From NCBI GenBank assembly GCA_036172245.1, contig JAYWIR010000033.1, forward strand, positions 2,108,001 through 2,172,000: a stretch of DNA of 64,000 nucleotides, given 5' to 3'. Shown here one piece after another: positions 50,701 through 61,117 of the stretch. The notes beneath the pieces are model-generated. The model made no database searches, was not told where the DNA came from, and saw only the letters and a program-made list of their open reading frames with translations. Numbering within the stretch: position 1 is the stretch's first letter; each line of letters opens with the position of its first letter. Source of the DNA: Raillietiella orientalis (lineage: Eukaryota). The position numbers were made by a program, and so were the translations under genes.

Positions 50701-53700
50701 CATTTCTCCTGTTCGGTCACATATGTGTTTGCGACTCTCGCTTGTGACTGTCTCAACCTGATTACTGTGATGAAAGTGTCAGGGATTCCCCGAGTTTCCA
50801 TAGAGGGATTTCTGGATGCTTCCGAAACGTGTCGGGAACAAACTCGTGACCCTCGAGGAGATTTTGCGAAAGTTGCAAAACGTCATGGAAAAGCAATTTC
50901 CGAGGCATCATGGAATCAATCAAAGGACGGTGCACTGTTTGACTCGAAACTTTACTTGACGAGAACGTTCACACGGAGGCTTAACTCTCTAGACAGGACT
51001 GTGCCGCCGTTGTGAACGGATGGACCGTTTTTTCCTCCCGCAAGAGTTCTGCTTCCGATAGTATGCATCTCCGAGCTTTCATCGATACAGAAAACCTAAT
51101 TCTCAACAGGGCGGAGATAAAAGGTACCTGTTGCACGTTAAGGGGCAAATTGCAGAGACTATGTGAGCTCCACTACCATCTTGTGTCCCACTAAAAGCAG
51201 GCATAATCTTATTTTTTCCTGTTCCTAAACCCGAAGCAATCCAGAGATGCTGACTCTGCAGTCAAGAGCCCAACTGTTGATTCGTGCTGGGGGGCTCTGC
51301 GCAGTTCATTCGCCATCAAGGGAGCAATGCAGCCACCTTGCAGAGCAAACATCAGAAAAGCGAATAGAAGAGTCGGAGAGAAACAAGACGGTTCTCTCGA
51401 AGACAGCGAAGACCTTGTGGGGGGCTTCTGAAAGCGACGCTCCGAGCTTTTTAGACGAGAGAGATACTGCCAGTAGAGCTATCACATACTCTGTGTGCAA
51501 ATTCCTTTCCTAGTTACCTGGAGGTGATCGCAAGAAGGGAGCTGCGCTGAACAACTGATGTTTAAGTGTGCAACCGATTGAAACTTGATGGAGCCGAGGC
51601 ACTTTTTTATAAACCGGAAAAAACCGACACCGAAACGATGACGTCGTATTTAGCAAATTCACGTGACTGCACGTGGAATCTTCTGATAGCTTCGAAAGTG
51701 GTTTCATGCAACAGATTAATCCACTTTTCTTCCTCTTCCGGATCAACCGTGCAGAGACACTTTCTAGAGAACAGCAGAGGAAAGTCTTCATATCTTCACA
51801 GATTGGGTGGAATCACGCTTCAAGCCTCTCCTTCAATCACAAGGATGATTTTTCCAGATGTCCAAGAGACTGCAATCTCAGAAAGTAGTGATAGGGGGGT
51901 GGTAGGACAATAGGGGCAGCGTTTCTTTCCAAGCGGATTCAGTCCACCGAGAAAGGAAAACTACAAAATGCAAAAGGTAAGCGAAAAAAGACACTCGGAT
52001 TCGACTCGTGCTGCTCCTCAGAGTTACTTCAGAAGTCAAAAACCATCTCTGACAGTTTTGCTGAAAGGCAAAAAGCCCGAATACTGCTGAAGGCACTCTG
52101 CTGTTCACGGCTTCTCGTTGTCAAAAAGTACCACAAATATGGAATGCATTCAAATTCCTCTTCGAGAGAGCTCGCGCGGTAGCCAATTACCGTGAATAGG
52201 GGTTGACCTGCTGGAAAGGTTCACCGACGCTTCAGAGACATGGCCGCGGGGTCCAGGAGCGTGTACCAATGCATCCTTGGAGTCTGGTGAGATGCCTAAA
52301 GCAATCTTTTCCTGTCTTCTCAGCTTCCTCTCCAGCGGTACACGAAACATTAAGGATTCTTAGCATCCCTCTCTTCTCTCTGAGCAGCAATGAAGTGAAA
52401 ATTTCAACTGAGGCTCCAGAAAAGAAGACTGGCAGCGACTGGCTCGGAAAGCCGATTCAGCGGTGCTTGATGAACTGTAGCACCGTGTCTTTCAGGATGA
52501 TCGATATGCGACCATCGGCTTCTGCTGACCATTTTTCGGAAGCCTGCCCTCGTCCAACAAGACCGCGCTCAGTAGGAGGTGCAAATAACCTCGGAAGCTG
52601 ATCCGCATTAGGATGCAAACTTATGGCTTCCCCAGTTTTGCCCACATTGACTTTTTCGAAGCTGTGTACACAGCCATTAAATAAACATGCACTGAGAAGC
52701 AAGGATGCCAATAAGACATCCTTTGCTGGAAGTATCGCTTGCCTTTCTTTCAAAGAGCGAGAAGCAATTCTTTGAACAGCTCTTAAGCGGCCATAACATA
52801 ATTCTTCATTCTTCAACGCATTAGCGGCACTGTTTCCTTTTTTAAGATGACTTCGCACTTGGTGGGCAGAGCGGGCCAGCGGCGGAGAAAATTAAGCCTT
52901 CTTTGAATGAAGATGGGGAGATGGGGATGAAAATTCCACCTGCAGGGAATAGCCAGACCTCACCAGAAGGGGAACACAGCTAAATGAGGTAGAAGGATCC
53001 TCGTCCTGTTCCATACTGCCAATTAGGAGATGCAGCTTTCCGATTTTGGAGACAAACAGTCTCAGAGGGATCCTTCAGTACAGAAAAACTGCGAGATCCG
53101 AGTGTGAACAGAGGAGCGCGGGACTGAATCAGCCTTTGCTTAACTACAGGGGTAAACAACCAGATGCAGATGAGTTGTGTTGTTAACAACACCAGCGGCG
53201 ATGCTCTGTTAGCTCAGATGAAATCCGTGGAGACCTGAAGTAAAAGGACGGCGCAGGCATCGTCCGCACTAAAGTTCCGTGGCCACGCCCAGCTCTCGTA
53301 TGTCCAAGGTCAAATGAAGATCCCGTCATCAGCATCCGTGGACTAATCGGCAAAGACCACGGTCTTGCGAATGCATATTTGACGGCCGCTGCTGAGGAAT
53401 GGTGGATCTCTCTTGCCGTGTATTGATGTTCCACATCGACGCCGCAGACCAACGCAAATACGGAAAAGCGTTCTTGATTTAGCGATGTGCTAAGAGCGAA
53501 TGTTTCTTGGTACGTCGCTGTACAGCGAACCACTCGTGATTAGGAGCATCGTATTGCAAACCACTTTTGGTTTCACCTAGATGTTTCGATAGAATTGCTG
53601 TTGCTTATCCTAAGCAAATTTGATTAGCAGTGAGGAATAATGGTTATAACTTCCTCCGCTTCTAAAAGTTCTGCGTGAGGAACGAACACGCTCCATCTCA

Positions 53701-56700
53701 TGAGTCAGTTCAGGGGTACCAAACGCCCATGTCCCTCGTGTGGATTAATGCACACGTATTCGACATATATAGATTTACACACACACATGAAGTGCATCTA
53801 CCTATCAGTACGTCTGCACATGCAATGGACATCTCAATACCTGCCTGAAGACATGCATATAAACAAGATACTTGATAGGTTTATGCTCTTGTTAATACAG
53901 TAGTTATTCCTTATGACAAGGTGCGGTTGCCGCAACTTAATTGGTGACTTGGAAAAATCTACGCGCATTTCTTTTATATGCCCCCATATTTATTCAAGGG
54001 ATCATGTGTTCAGGAGCGTTGATGGCACGAGTGTTTGAAGCATTCCTGTATAGGAATCGTTATAATAGCCCTATGGGTTACACACGGATAATGTAATAAG
54101 AGTATTTGCGGAAAATAAAAAGTTCTTCAAACAACGAAAAATCGAGTATTTATCATTGAAATTAAAGAAAAAGCAACCTTTATAGTTTTGTTGATAGTAA
54201 ATCAATTTAGACGGTCCTATAATTTCAGCTCTATCGCTCTCGACAAATCTTCCTGCTCCCTTAAATTCACTGAAATTTCAACTATCACAGATTCCTTGCT
54301 GGACAGAAAAAAGGAAAAAAAAGGAAGCTTCAAAATAGCACGAAAATAACGAAAAACTTAATGTACTTGAGTCAGTTCGTGTCCTTTTTGACAACAGCCG
54401 ACCCAACACTCTACCACACATGTTTGTCCACTACGTCCGTACGGACCTGACTGAGACTGTACGAGGACGGTCGCAGCAGCGTTTACGTCGCGTTGTACGA
54501 ATACGGGCTATGAGGAGGGGTTCAATGTACTCGAATTTCTCACACGAGTGCTGATGCTTTTCGAATCGCTTCTTGAATGCTCCAAGCAACATCCATGCTC
54601 AGCGGTGGGAAGGGCGGCTGCAGAGGAAGGCAGAGGAACTTCACGAAGAGGGGAACCACCCTTTTTCCATTTCGACTGTGGTGGTCCATGAGCTGGCAAT
54701 GCGGACTTGTACGCAAGCTGGAGCGCGTCATCGTACATCGTCCTCCATTAACATAGATATTTCTGGTTCGTGCTGGATTTACTTTAATTATAATGATTTC
54801 AATTTGAAGATTCCAAAAGCTTTCTCCATAAGGTTTCCTTTTTCTGGTCCACAGCGATCCCTATTTTAAGCGATCCCTTAAACGCCGTGATAACCAACAC
54901 AATCCCTAGGATGATAACGCATGAAAAACGAGATAAACGAATCAGCAGCTGCAAAGAAAGGCACCCCATGGCCTCTGAATACAGATATCAACAGAGTAGC
55001 CGTGGTCTTGCATACAAGCTAAGAAGCTGTTATGGAGTCAAGGTTGCTTCAACCCCTCCATTATCGAGGACACGTCACCCACATCCTTACTGCAAACCCG
55101 AAGTAAATATGATCAGTGCCGCTATCGTCATTTTTATTTGCCATAAATAACCACTTCATTCATCCCCAAAGACCTAGGTTCTAGTTACTCCCTAGAACTC
55201 GATGCTCCTACAAATCAAGTTCTACTCCAAATTCTCTATTCCGATAAAGTTGCACGAAGAACCCCACATGCGAATCGCGATCTCCTTCTACCTCCACCAT
55301 CAACGGAGGATCTTTCGTCACCACGGAATTTCCCCAGTTCCTCGGCCTTTTTCTTGGGGAAGCGGAACTTCGTGCGAATGGGGCTAGGATGCGAGAAGGG
55401 ATGACCAAGACTTGCATCGGCACGGTGTATAGCTCTCCAGTGGAACGGACTTACAGTCAGGAATTTCCAGTCTCCGTGCTGGGCACATCTGAGTTCATGA
55501 ACTTCCATGCTGGCCTGTCCTCGACCTTCCAGCTGGCCACATGACTTATTTTATACATGCTTCTGTGCATTTCTGTCCGAGAAGCAACACTCCCTTCAAG
55601 CTTGCTTCTTACCAGCGCTCTTGAGGCGAGTGGCTCAGTTCGGACACCCAAAAAAACTCTGCCCGTGATGAGTTTTGGTGAAGATCACGAAGTGGTTGCA
55701 ATCTGCAGTGAGCCACCTGTCTTCGCATGCAGCTTCCTTGCAACACCGTTGCTGCTTTATACTCAGTGGACTTTCCGGGATGTCGCTGGCTTCTGGTGGA
55801 TTCAGAGTGGAGACGACCGACCCACTGTCCAGGAGAAGTCCTTCCAAGGGTCGAGAGATGTAGTGACTGTGAGATCACTTTGCCATCTTGATGGCATCTC
55901 CGCGGGTCCATGTCGCTCCGGTTCTCAGTTCGCCGGTGGCTATCGCGAGACTCCACGTAGCTTGCGCTCCTGCACGAAACCCGGAGTCTCGGCGTGATAG
56001 AGACTCCAGATCGGACTTATTGTCAACTCAAGGACTTGCAGGTCAGTGTTTTCTCATCAGCAAGAAGTAAGCAGTTTCCCAGGACCAATGGAGAAAGTTC
56101 CAGAGGTCGAATTAGCAAGACAGGGAGCTCTTGAAGACTGTTTCCGGATAGGTCATTGCCCTTCCGCGGTGAATTAATCTGACGAGGATTCGGCAACCTT
56201 GTGACGACGATGCGAGAACCGACTGATGAAGATGGAACATTTCGATCGGTCTTTTCTTTCGGAAACATTGAAGACTGCCGGTGGGTGCTCCTCCTTGAAA
56301 TGAAAATGCCGATGAAGCCTGTGCGATATCAGATCCCAGCATTCTTCATCGTGACCCACGGATGAAATTCGTTTATTTTTTTCTGACAGAATTCCTCTTT
56401 TCACGGTAGGAGCTTCCACTTACCTGCATCCGCCACCGGTTTTCTTGTCCTCTAGAAAGTGTGCGTTGGTTACCCCATGCATGCCTCCATCCTTTCTTAT
56501 CTCTTCTCTCTCCTCCTCATCTTTGTGTTCCTTCCTTTCTCTTCCCTGTGATTCCTTTCCTCTTCACTCTTTCGGCCTTAGATGTGGTCTCCGTGTCTGA
56601 GGCGACCACGGGAGGTTCCGCCAAACACGAAACCTTCTTTGCCAAAGTCCGTCACGTGGGAGGATGCCTTCAGTAGGCGGCGGCTTCTGGTCCCTAACAG

Positions 56701-57183
56701 GTTTGTAGACCACCCTGAAAGAGGGTGCTGAGACTTGCACACTCTTGCCGTCGTCTCCCAAAAAGATATGCGGCTCGAACGACGAGTCGTGACAGTCGCC
56801 CATCGCGCGCTGCTCCCGGTGCTCACATGCACGAAACTGACATCACTGAAACACACATCGGATGCCGCGGGTTTACGGACATCGGTGACCGTGGAACGCG
56901 CAGAGTACATTTAGGATGTGCCCATCTGTGTGGCCTACTGTGGGGTCCGAGGAGCCGAGTGGAGAAGCGCGATTTCCCTCTCTCCTCCTTCGGAGCCTAT
57001 TGCAACCTCTGCCTGGGGTCGGCAAGAAGTCTCCACGAAAACCTCCGGGACGGTGCGCGCAGCGTCTCACCTGGTGCTTGTTGAGGTTCTTGATCCTGCA
57101 GAGCAGCAGTGCGCACATTCCCTGGACAGCGGTCACATTGACCATGGGAGTCAGGAAGGACGGCCCGCTGACAGAGTCTGAAT
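31610..57183 (-). CDS. Multi-exon DIP/lachesin-family three-Ig-domain cell adhesion protein gene (partial model: 6 coding exons; first and last exons unresolved)
   Basis: Spliced translation: DSDSVSGPSFLTPMVNVTAVQGMCALLLCRIKNLNKHQ/VAWVKMDTSTILSVGSHVIIRNPRIALKANGEEQWDLEISKVLISDKGWYMCQINTSPMLQQKAYLNVL/VPPYIDDAETLSEVTIREGSGVSLGCHALGYPAPITLWRREDGKRLMLGDDER/EANGSSSSSIYAASLHFSPATRAHAGSYLCIASNGVPPSVSKRITLHVH/FPPSVQAVRPVLRPAEGGAATLECSGEGYPEPVGRWHDQWGDAVTEK/GGARHLVQTWNGSRRTYLSLMIVNVSRDACGKYTCILQNLLGSARAEVVLSCQLPP. The motifs VAW..DT.TIL, D.GWYMCQINT.PM, W.REDG and YLCIASNGVPPSVSKRI are characteristic of arthropod DIP/lachesin proteins. All introns are GT-AG with matching phases (0,1,1,1,1). Confidence 0.9.
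31850..33300 (+). mobile_element. Degraded Gypsy-like pol remnant (intronic)
   Basis: FRFVNHKPL (cf. TDHKPL), MDFVG, and VRFRHLIEPFRSNRVEE (cf. PY.P.SNG.VER). Confidence 0.4.
34300..36100 (-). mobile_element. Degraded Tx1/L1-like LINE ORF2 remnant (intronic)
   Basis: LKTFSNIHIPNPHGLSIELF (cf. LK.L...K.PGPDGL..E.Y), ALDPMRILRLV (cf. LD..KAFD.V) and FPWHRNGRYKRI (cf. APE YTW.....SRID). Confidence 0.5.
37150..38450 (+). mobile_element. Degraded Gypsy-like RT/RNase H remnant (intronic)
   Basis: FFLGGVSRTRQFC (cf. FLG...YYRRF), FEGRKF...ASDQPV (cf. LEGR.F...TDH.PL) and STRWEFGRKEF. Confidence 0.45.
38600..39225 (+). mobile_element. tRNA-headed SINE-like family copy
   Basis: ggtaccgagagttgtggattcgaatatcc, gacccTctgggtctttccaggaatcaa, gttctcttcagaagagg and the tail ccttcccggattcatag all match the other copies. 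Confidence 0.78.
39785..39960 (+). repeat. Degenerate TTAGG-like G-rich tract
   Basis: Loose pentamer periodicity (gttaggg, gttaaa, gtaggg, gttagg, ataggc). Confidence 0.35.
41678..41818 (-). CDS. DIP/lachesin-like gene exon, first half of Ig3
   Basis: Acceptor ccgagaag|TCCCGCCG after a polypyrimidine tract, donor AAAAG|gtatgc. Encodes FPPSV...ATLECSGEGYPEPVGRW. Confidence 0.88.
41910..42056 (-). CDS. DIP/lachesin-like gene exon, second half of Ig2
   Basis: Acceptor gctttccag|AAGCTAAC and donor CACT|gtaggc. Encodes ...HAGSYLCIASNGVPPSVSKRITLHVH. This frame is not shown in the ORF track. Confidence 0.93.
42119..42277 (-). CDS. DIP/lachesin-like gene exon, first half of Ig2
   Basis: Acceptor ttttccag|TTCCCCCG and donor CGAG|gtaacg. 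Encodes VPPYIDD...EGSGVSLGCHALGYPAPITLWRREDG. Confidence 0.92.
43045..43205 (+). repeat. Degenerate TTAGG-like tract
   Basis: ttaggtcaggtaggg...ttaggctttaggtt...ctaggtcaag...ttagataggtaggcaggctagg. Confidence 0.45.
44100..46300 (-). mobile_element. Degraded RTE-like LINE (RT to C-terminus, intronic)
   Basis: SWKRVGHRQLRIRL (cf. AFD.V.H..L), NLIDDSVF (cf. FADD), and C-terminal CYEEEAR...CKCLPVRGVQCPSIGL...HLTRC (cf. RTE C..C....S.IGL.SH). Confidence 0.5.
47222..47429 (-). CDS. DIP/lachesin-like gene exon, C-terminal part of Ig1
   Basis: Acceptor tttcaccag|GTCGCATGG and donor TTGG|gtaaga. Encodes VAWVKMDTSTILS...DKGWYMCQINTSPMLQQKAYLNVL. Confidence 0.93.
49406..50150 (+). mobile_element. tRNA-headed SINE-like family copy (best preserved, ~750 bp)
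   Basis: Head gcccgcgtcggaggccgtgtgg with B-box gggttcgaatac at 49466-49477. Internally duplicated body. Tail ccttcctggattcatagggcggaccc. Confidence 0.82.
54500..54740 (+). mobile_element. RTE/BovB-like LINE 3'-end remnant
   Basis: One frame reads SMLSGGKGGCRGRQR (cf. MLG..EG.R.RGRQR), followed by gtggtccatg, which resembles RTE 3' ends. Confidence 0.4.
57071..57183 (-). CDS. DIP/lachesin-like gene exon, N-terminal half of Ig1
   Basis: Acceptor gggtttgcag|ATTCAGAC and donor CACCAG|gtgaga. Encodes PSFLTPMVNVTAVQGMCALLLCRIKNLNKHQ, matching the Ig V-type A-B strand pattern P.F...+.NVT...G..A.L.C.+.NL. Confidence 0.88.
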
Positions 57184-57359
57184 CTGCAAACCCAGAAATG
57201 CACAGTGACAACACGGAAGGTGCTTCTCGTGACCACCCACCCCTCGGAGGCGAACCTTCCCAAAGCAGCGTCACCTACCCTTTCCCAGGATCCCGGATGC
57301 AAAAAGACCTCAAAGCAAGTGCCCTTTTCTGAGTGTGAAAGTTACAGTGGCCACGTTCC

Positions 57360-57530
57360 AGAGCATGAAGAGGACGAAGAGGAAGATGAGTATTGAAAAG
57401 AAGAAAAGTGGATGAAGAGGAAGACATCAAATACATGAAGGGGGTAGGAAGAGGGAGAGGAGGAAGAAAGAAGAACAGGGAATAGGAAAGTAGGACGGTT
57501 TGAGGGAGGAATAAGAGGAAAGAAATGCAG
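57360..57530 (+). repeat. Purine-rich (GAA/GAG) low-complexity tract
   Basis: gaagaggaagatgag...gaagagggagaggaggaagaaagaagaacaggg. Confidence 0.6.
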
Positions 57531-58639
57531 GGAGCAGTGGTGGGACGACCTTGGAGTACTTGTTCGCGGCCGCCCACTAACCCGAGGCGTCACCCGGATA
57601 TGCTGCCAGAGAGCCAGAGGAGGAAGGGAATGGGAAAAGGGCTTTTGACTGTGGCAGCGACAACATCCACTCCTTCCACAGACTACCAGGACCTCCTCGC
57701 CACTGTGGCGAGCGTGGAGGAGAAAGGTGGGAATTGGGATCAACCAGAAAGTTTGCGAAGAGCCTCAGGGAGCGCAAACTCCCTCTGTCTCTGTGCACGG
57801 GTCCTCTTTGGTTGCTTGCGGGAGAACATGCAAAGGTGGGAAGAGCCCCCTTGCCCTCTCAGCGGCCCTCTAGGGGGCAGGGTAAGGATCGATTCCTCGC
57901 CCAAACCTCCCACTCGCTCCAGGTCGAATGGCTGCGGGTATGGGGGGTCAAAATTCAGAAGAGAGAACAAAGAGAAGAGAGGTGGACAAAAACCTCTCTG
58001 CAGTCTCCTCTCCGTGTGAGTCCCTTCCCGCCTTGTCTCCCACCCCACTCACCGAGGCTGAGCCAGAAGAGGCCGATAGCGACAGCTGCTGCTCGGGACG
58101 CCCCACGCATGGCGGTCCTTCCTCGCTTCTTCCCTGGCAAAGGCGCACGGTTCCCAGCTATCCTCCCTCTCGTCCGCTTCCGCCGGCGGAGGGGCCGTGT
58201 CTGGCCGCGCGCGGAGCGCGTGTCGCCCGTGCGCGCGAGGGAGGGAGGCACGTCTGGAGGGGACCCGCCGCCGCCCTGAGCGCGCATGCGCTGAAGACTC
58301 ATGGGCGCCGGCAGGACGCCGCCACACGCGCGCATTCGACCAGCTTGCGGAACCCCCCAGGGATCACCGCCATCCAAACCCGTTCTCCCCGGACGGCGAT
58401 CAAGTTGGCAACAGGAATCAGGAGGGATGGCCTTCCGGCGGCATTCGAGTCCTCGATCCCAGGAGCGCACGGTGACGGTCCCGAAAGGTACTCTTCCGGT
58501 GAAGTGGGTCGTCTGGAAGCGGCTTCGCGCCTGTTCGAGGGGAGGAACTCGGCACACAATCATCCAGGAGGAGGGGTCAGTTCTGCGGTGTGTGCCATGC
58601 AGGCCAAAGAGGACCCCATGGAGATAGATGTGAATGGGA

Positions 58640-58890
58640 TCCAGGAAGGCGAAGAAGGCGATGAGTAGGGGAAGATGAAAAGGATGAGGAAGAGGGTAAA
58701 AATAATGTGGATGACAAGGATGAGAAATAAGAGAAGAAACTGGACTGTGGTGATCGCAGTAGCGGAGACGAGGAAGCCAGATGAGGGAGAGAAGTGGGTG
58801 GTGGAGAAATGGACTGATAGCAGCAGTGATGAAGAGGCAGAACAGGAGAAGGAAGCGAGGGAGGAAGAAGTGAAGAAGAGAAGAGCATCT
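58640..58890 (+). repeat. Purine-rich (GAA/GAG/GAT) low-complexity tract
   Basis: Almost entirely A/G triplets. Explains the long Ser/Leu/Phe-rich shadow ORFs on the minus strand. Confidence 0.55.
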
Positions 58891-60469
58891 ACATTGGATC
58901 CATCGAGTAGTTGGTGCGCTTGCACGTGGGCTACTCGCGATGTCCTTTCTATGTACCGGCAGCTTCTCGAGGGGATTTGACGTGTCCTCCACGGAAGCAG
59001 ATCCAGGGGGGAGAAGGGACAACTCCAAGGGTCCAACAAAACTCCCTGGAACGCAGCGGCCGTTCCTTGCTGGATACGAGAGCCCCCATCCAGAATAAGA
59101 GAAAGAAAAGAGGAAGAGGAGGAAGAAGACAATGACAGCTGGCCTCTGAGTGCTGTGTGTGCTCCAAAGATCGGTAAGACTTCTGATCCTACTTCCCTCA
59201 CCAGGAGGAAGCGTGTTCCTGCCTTAGCAGCCGGCCTTCCCGAGTTCTTCGCGACACAGAAGTCCGCTCGTTCCTGAAACGCCCCGCCCTGCGTGCAGCA
59301 GACTTGCCGTCCCTTTCCCAGGACTCGTCCGCTGCCCGGGAAGCGAGAGAGCAGATCCCGAGCTCTTGCATGCGCTCCTCCGGAAGTGACGAGTGAGCAG
59401 GGTCTAACGGCCCGTCGTCGCGATGGCCTTCTTCCCGGGATCCCTGAGTTCCCCTCGGGCATTTTCTCTCCCCGAGATGAGGAGCGCGTCTTCTCGCTCC
59501 AGAGAACCCCGTGTGGGTTACCTGCATCCCACACGGCACAGGAGGAGAGGCGAAGGGCTCTCGAAGTCTTCCAGGGAGCGCTTTGCCTTCCCCTTTCGGT
59601 TGTGCGAGCAAAGAGAGGGGGGCGGCAGCTGCTCTCCAGGGAGGAGAGAGGAAGGAGAGAGGTGCGAAGGCAGAGAGAGCTCCCCGCCCATCGATCGCGC
59701 GCGCCCCATGGAAGCTGCTCGCCTCTTTCTCTCCGGCTCCAAACGTCCAGCATCATTTATTCATCCCTGAGAGGGTTTATCAGGTGATGGGAATCTCGCG
59801 TGCGTCCGGGAGTCTGCTTCTCACGCTCAACGAGTCTCTTCCCTCTTTCCTTTTTTCCTCCCTCCTCCTTCCCACGGCTTGCTCGGCGACCCGGCCCGCT
59901 CTAGCGACCTCTGAGGCCGGCGCTGTTCCCTTTCGGCGCGCCCCGCCGGCAGGCCTAAGGATCCACGTTTCAGGAAAAAAAAAAAAGGGGAAATCTTTCC
60001 TGGAGGCGAGTGAAACCCGCACGGTTACCCTGGAAACAGGAGTCGGGAAGCTTTCTACCAGCACTCAGGGAATAGAAGCATCCCCGCGGAAGATAGGGGG
60101 GAATCTGTACAGGGCTCCTGATGAGCTCGAGTCCCTCGGGACTGGAAACCGCGATCTGAGCACAGAGGAGTCGCTTTAAGGGAAGAGGGTTGAGGCACGC
60201 GCAGTCGCCAGGAAACCGTCTCCTTTCCGCGGGAAACTTCCGACAGCACTGTGTCACACTTGCTGGAGTGAAGACCCGTTCGCAAGGAACATCGACGGTC
60301 CTCCTTCCCAGGCACGGAAGAGGCGTGTGAAAGAGATATTTGGGGGGAAGAAGCAGGGGAAGAAGCGTCAAGGCGATGGGGCCCATCACGTCACAGCTTT
60401 GGTAGAGAGTCCCTTCCAGTGCATCTCCTCCTTGTCTCTCAGGGCACTGAGAGTTGCGATTCGCAGCAC

Positions 60470-61117
60470 GCGCAGTCTTGGTGGCTACGGGCGACCAGTA
60501 CTGGCCACTGATACTTCGGGTTAGGGGGTACCACGGGTATGAACTACTTCATGAATCCAAGAAAGACTCCGGAGGAAGGAGTCCGTTCCTCTCACTCTTG
60601 GGAGGAAACCCCCAAGGGAAACACCTCTTCTCTTTTTCTCTCCGGTGGAATTCTCCGTTAATGGGGTCACTCCCCATTCTCCTGTAGGAACCCGCAAGAG
60701 AACCGCTTCTTGCTATGTTTCTGAAGAGAACCCTGAAGGGACGACTCCGAATTGCTCTGAAGAGCACTCTCTAAGGGAGCTTCTTGCACTCTGGGAGGAC
60801 AACCCCCTGAGGCGAGTAACAACCAGCTCCATGGTACTTCGGCTTCATTTTTAGAACTGGAGGTGAAGCCCGAAGAGCTCCTTGGATTGGAAACCCTCAA
60901 CAGTGAACCTCCAATCCCAGCCAGTCAACGGAGTCATCGGTTTCTGGCGACAACCACCAGTGCGGCGCCCAAAACCAACAAACCAGCCATTTTGCGGGAG
61001 AGGAATCGAAACCACGGCGCCTCTGCCAATCTCGGCGTCGATTCTTGCCGAGTATTCGAACCAGCGACGCTCGGTACCACGAATGGAGAGCGCGCCCACT
61101 CGGCCGCCAACGCGGGC
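60470..61117 (-). mobile_element. tRNA-headed SINE-like family copy
   Basis: Minus strand gcccgcgtTGGCGGCCGAGTGGgcg...gctGGTTCGAATACtcggc (A-box-like and B-box), body gggttctcttcagaaac, tail ctttcttggattcatga. Confidence 0.78.

Noticed and set aside
53540..54500. Second AT-rich stretch, considered as another foreign insert or a DNA transposon
   Set aside because: No long frame, no promoter-RBS-ORF arrangement, and I could not pair terminal inverted repeats.
51500..56400. Further LINE-like fragments (LLLSACLFNGC near 52690, AWKFMNS near 55500)
   Set aside because: Motif similarity was too weak to set boundaries or assign a family by eye.
57955..59756. Longest ORFs in the track (357 aa and 398 aa on the minus strand, 246 aa on the plus strand)
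   Set aside because: They overlap GC-rich and purine-rich low-complexity DNA, are open in several frames, and show no recognisable domain. Most likely shadow ORFs.
57577..60389. Candidate signal-peptide exons for the Ig gene (e.g. MMGPIALTLLPLLLPP at 60389, MLSLPQSKALF near 57666)
   Set aside because: None combined a convincing signal peptide with a good phase-1 donor. The first exon may lie outside the window.
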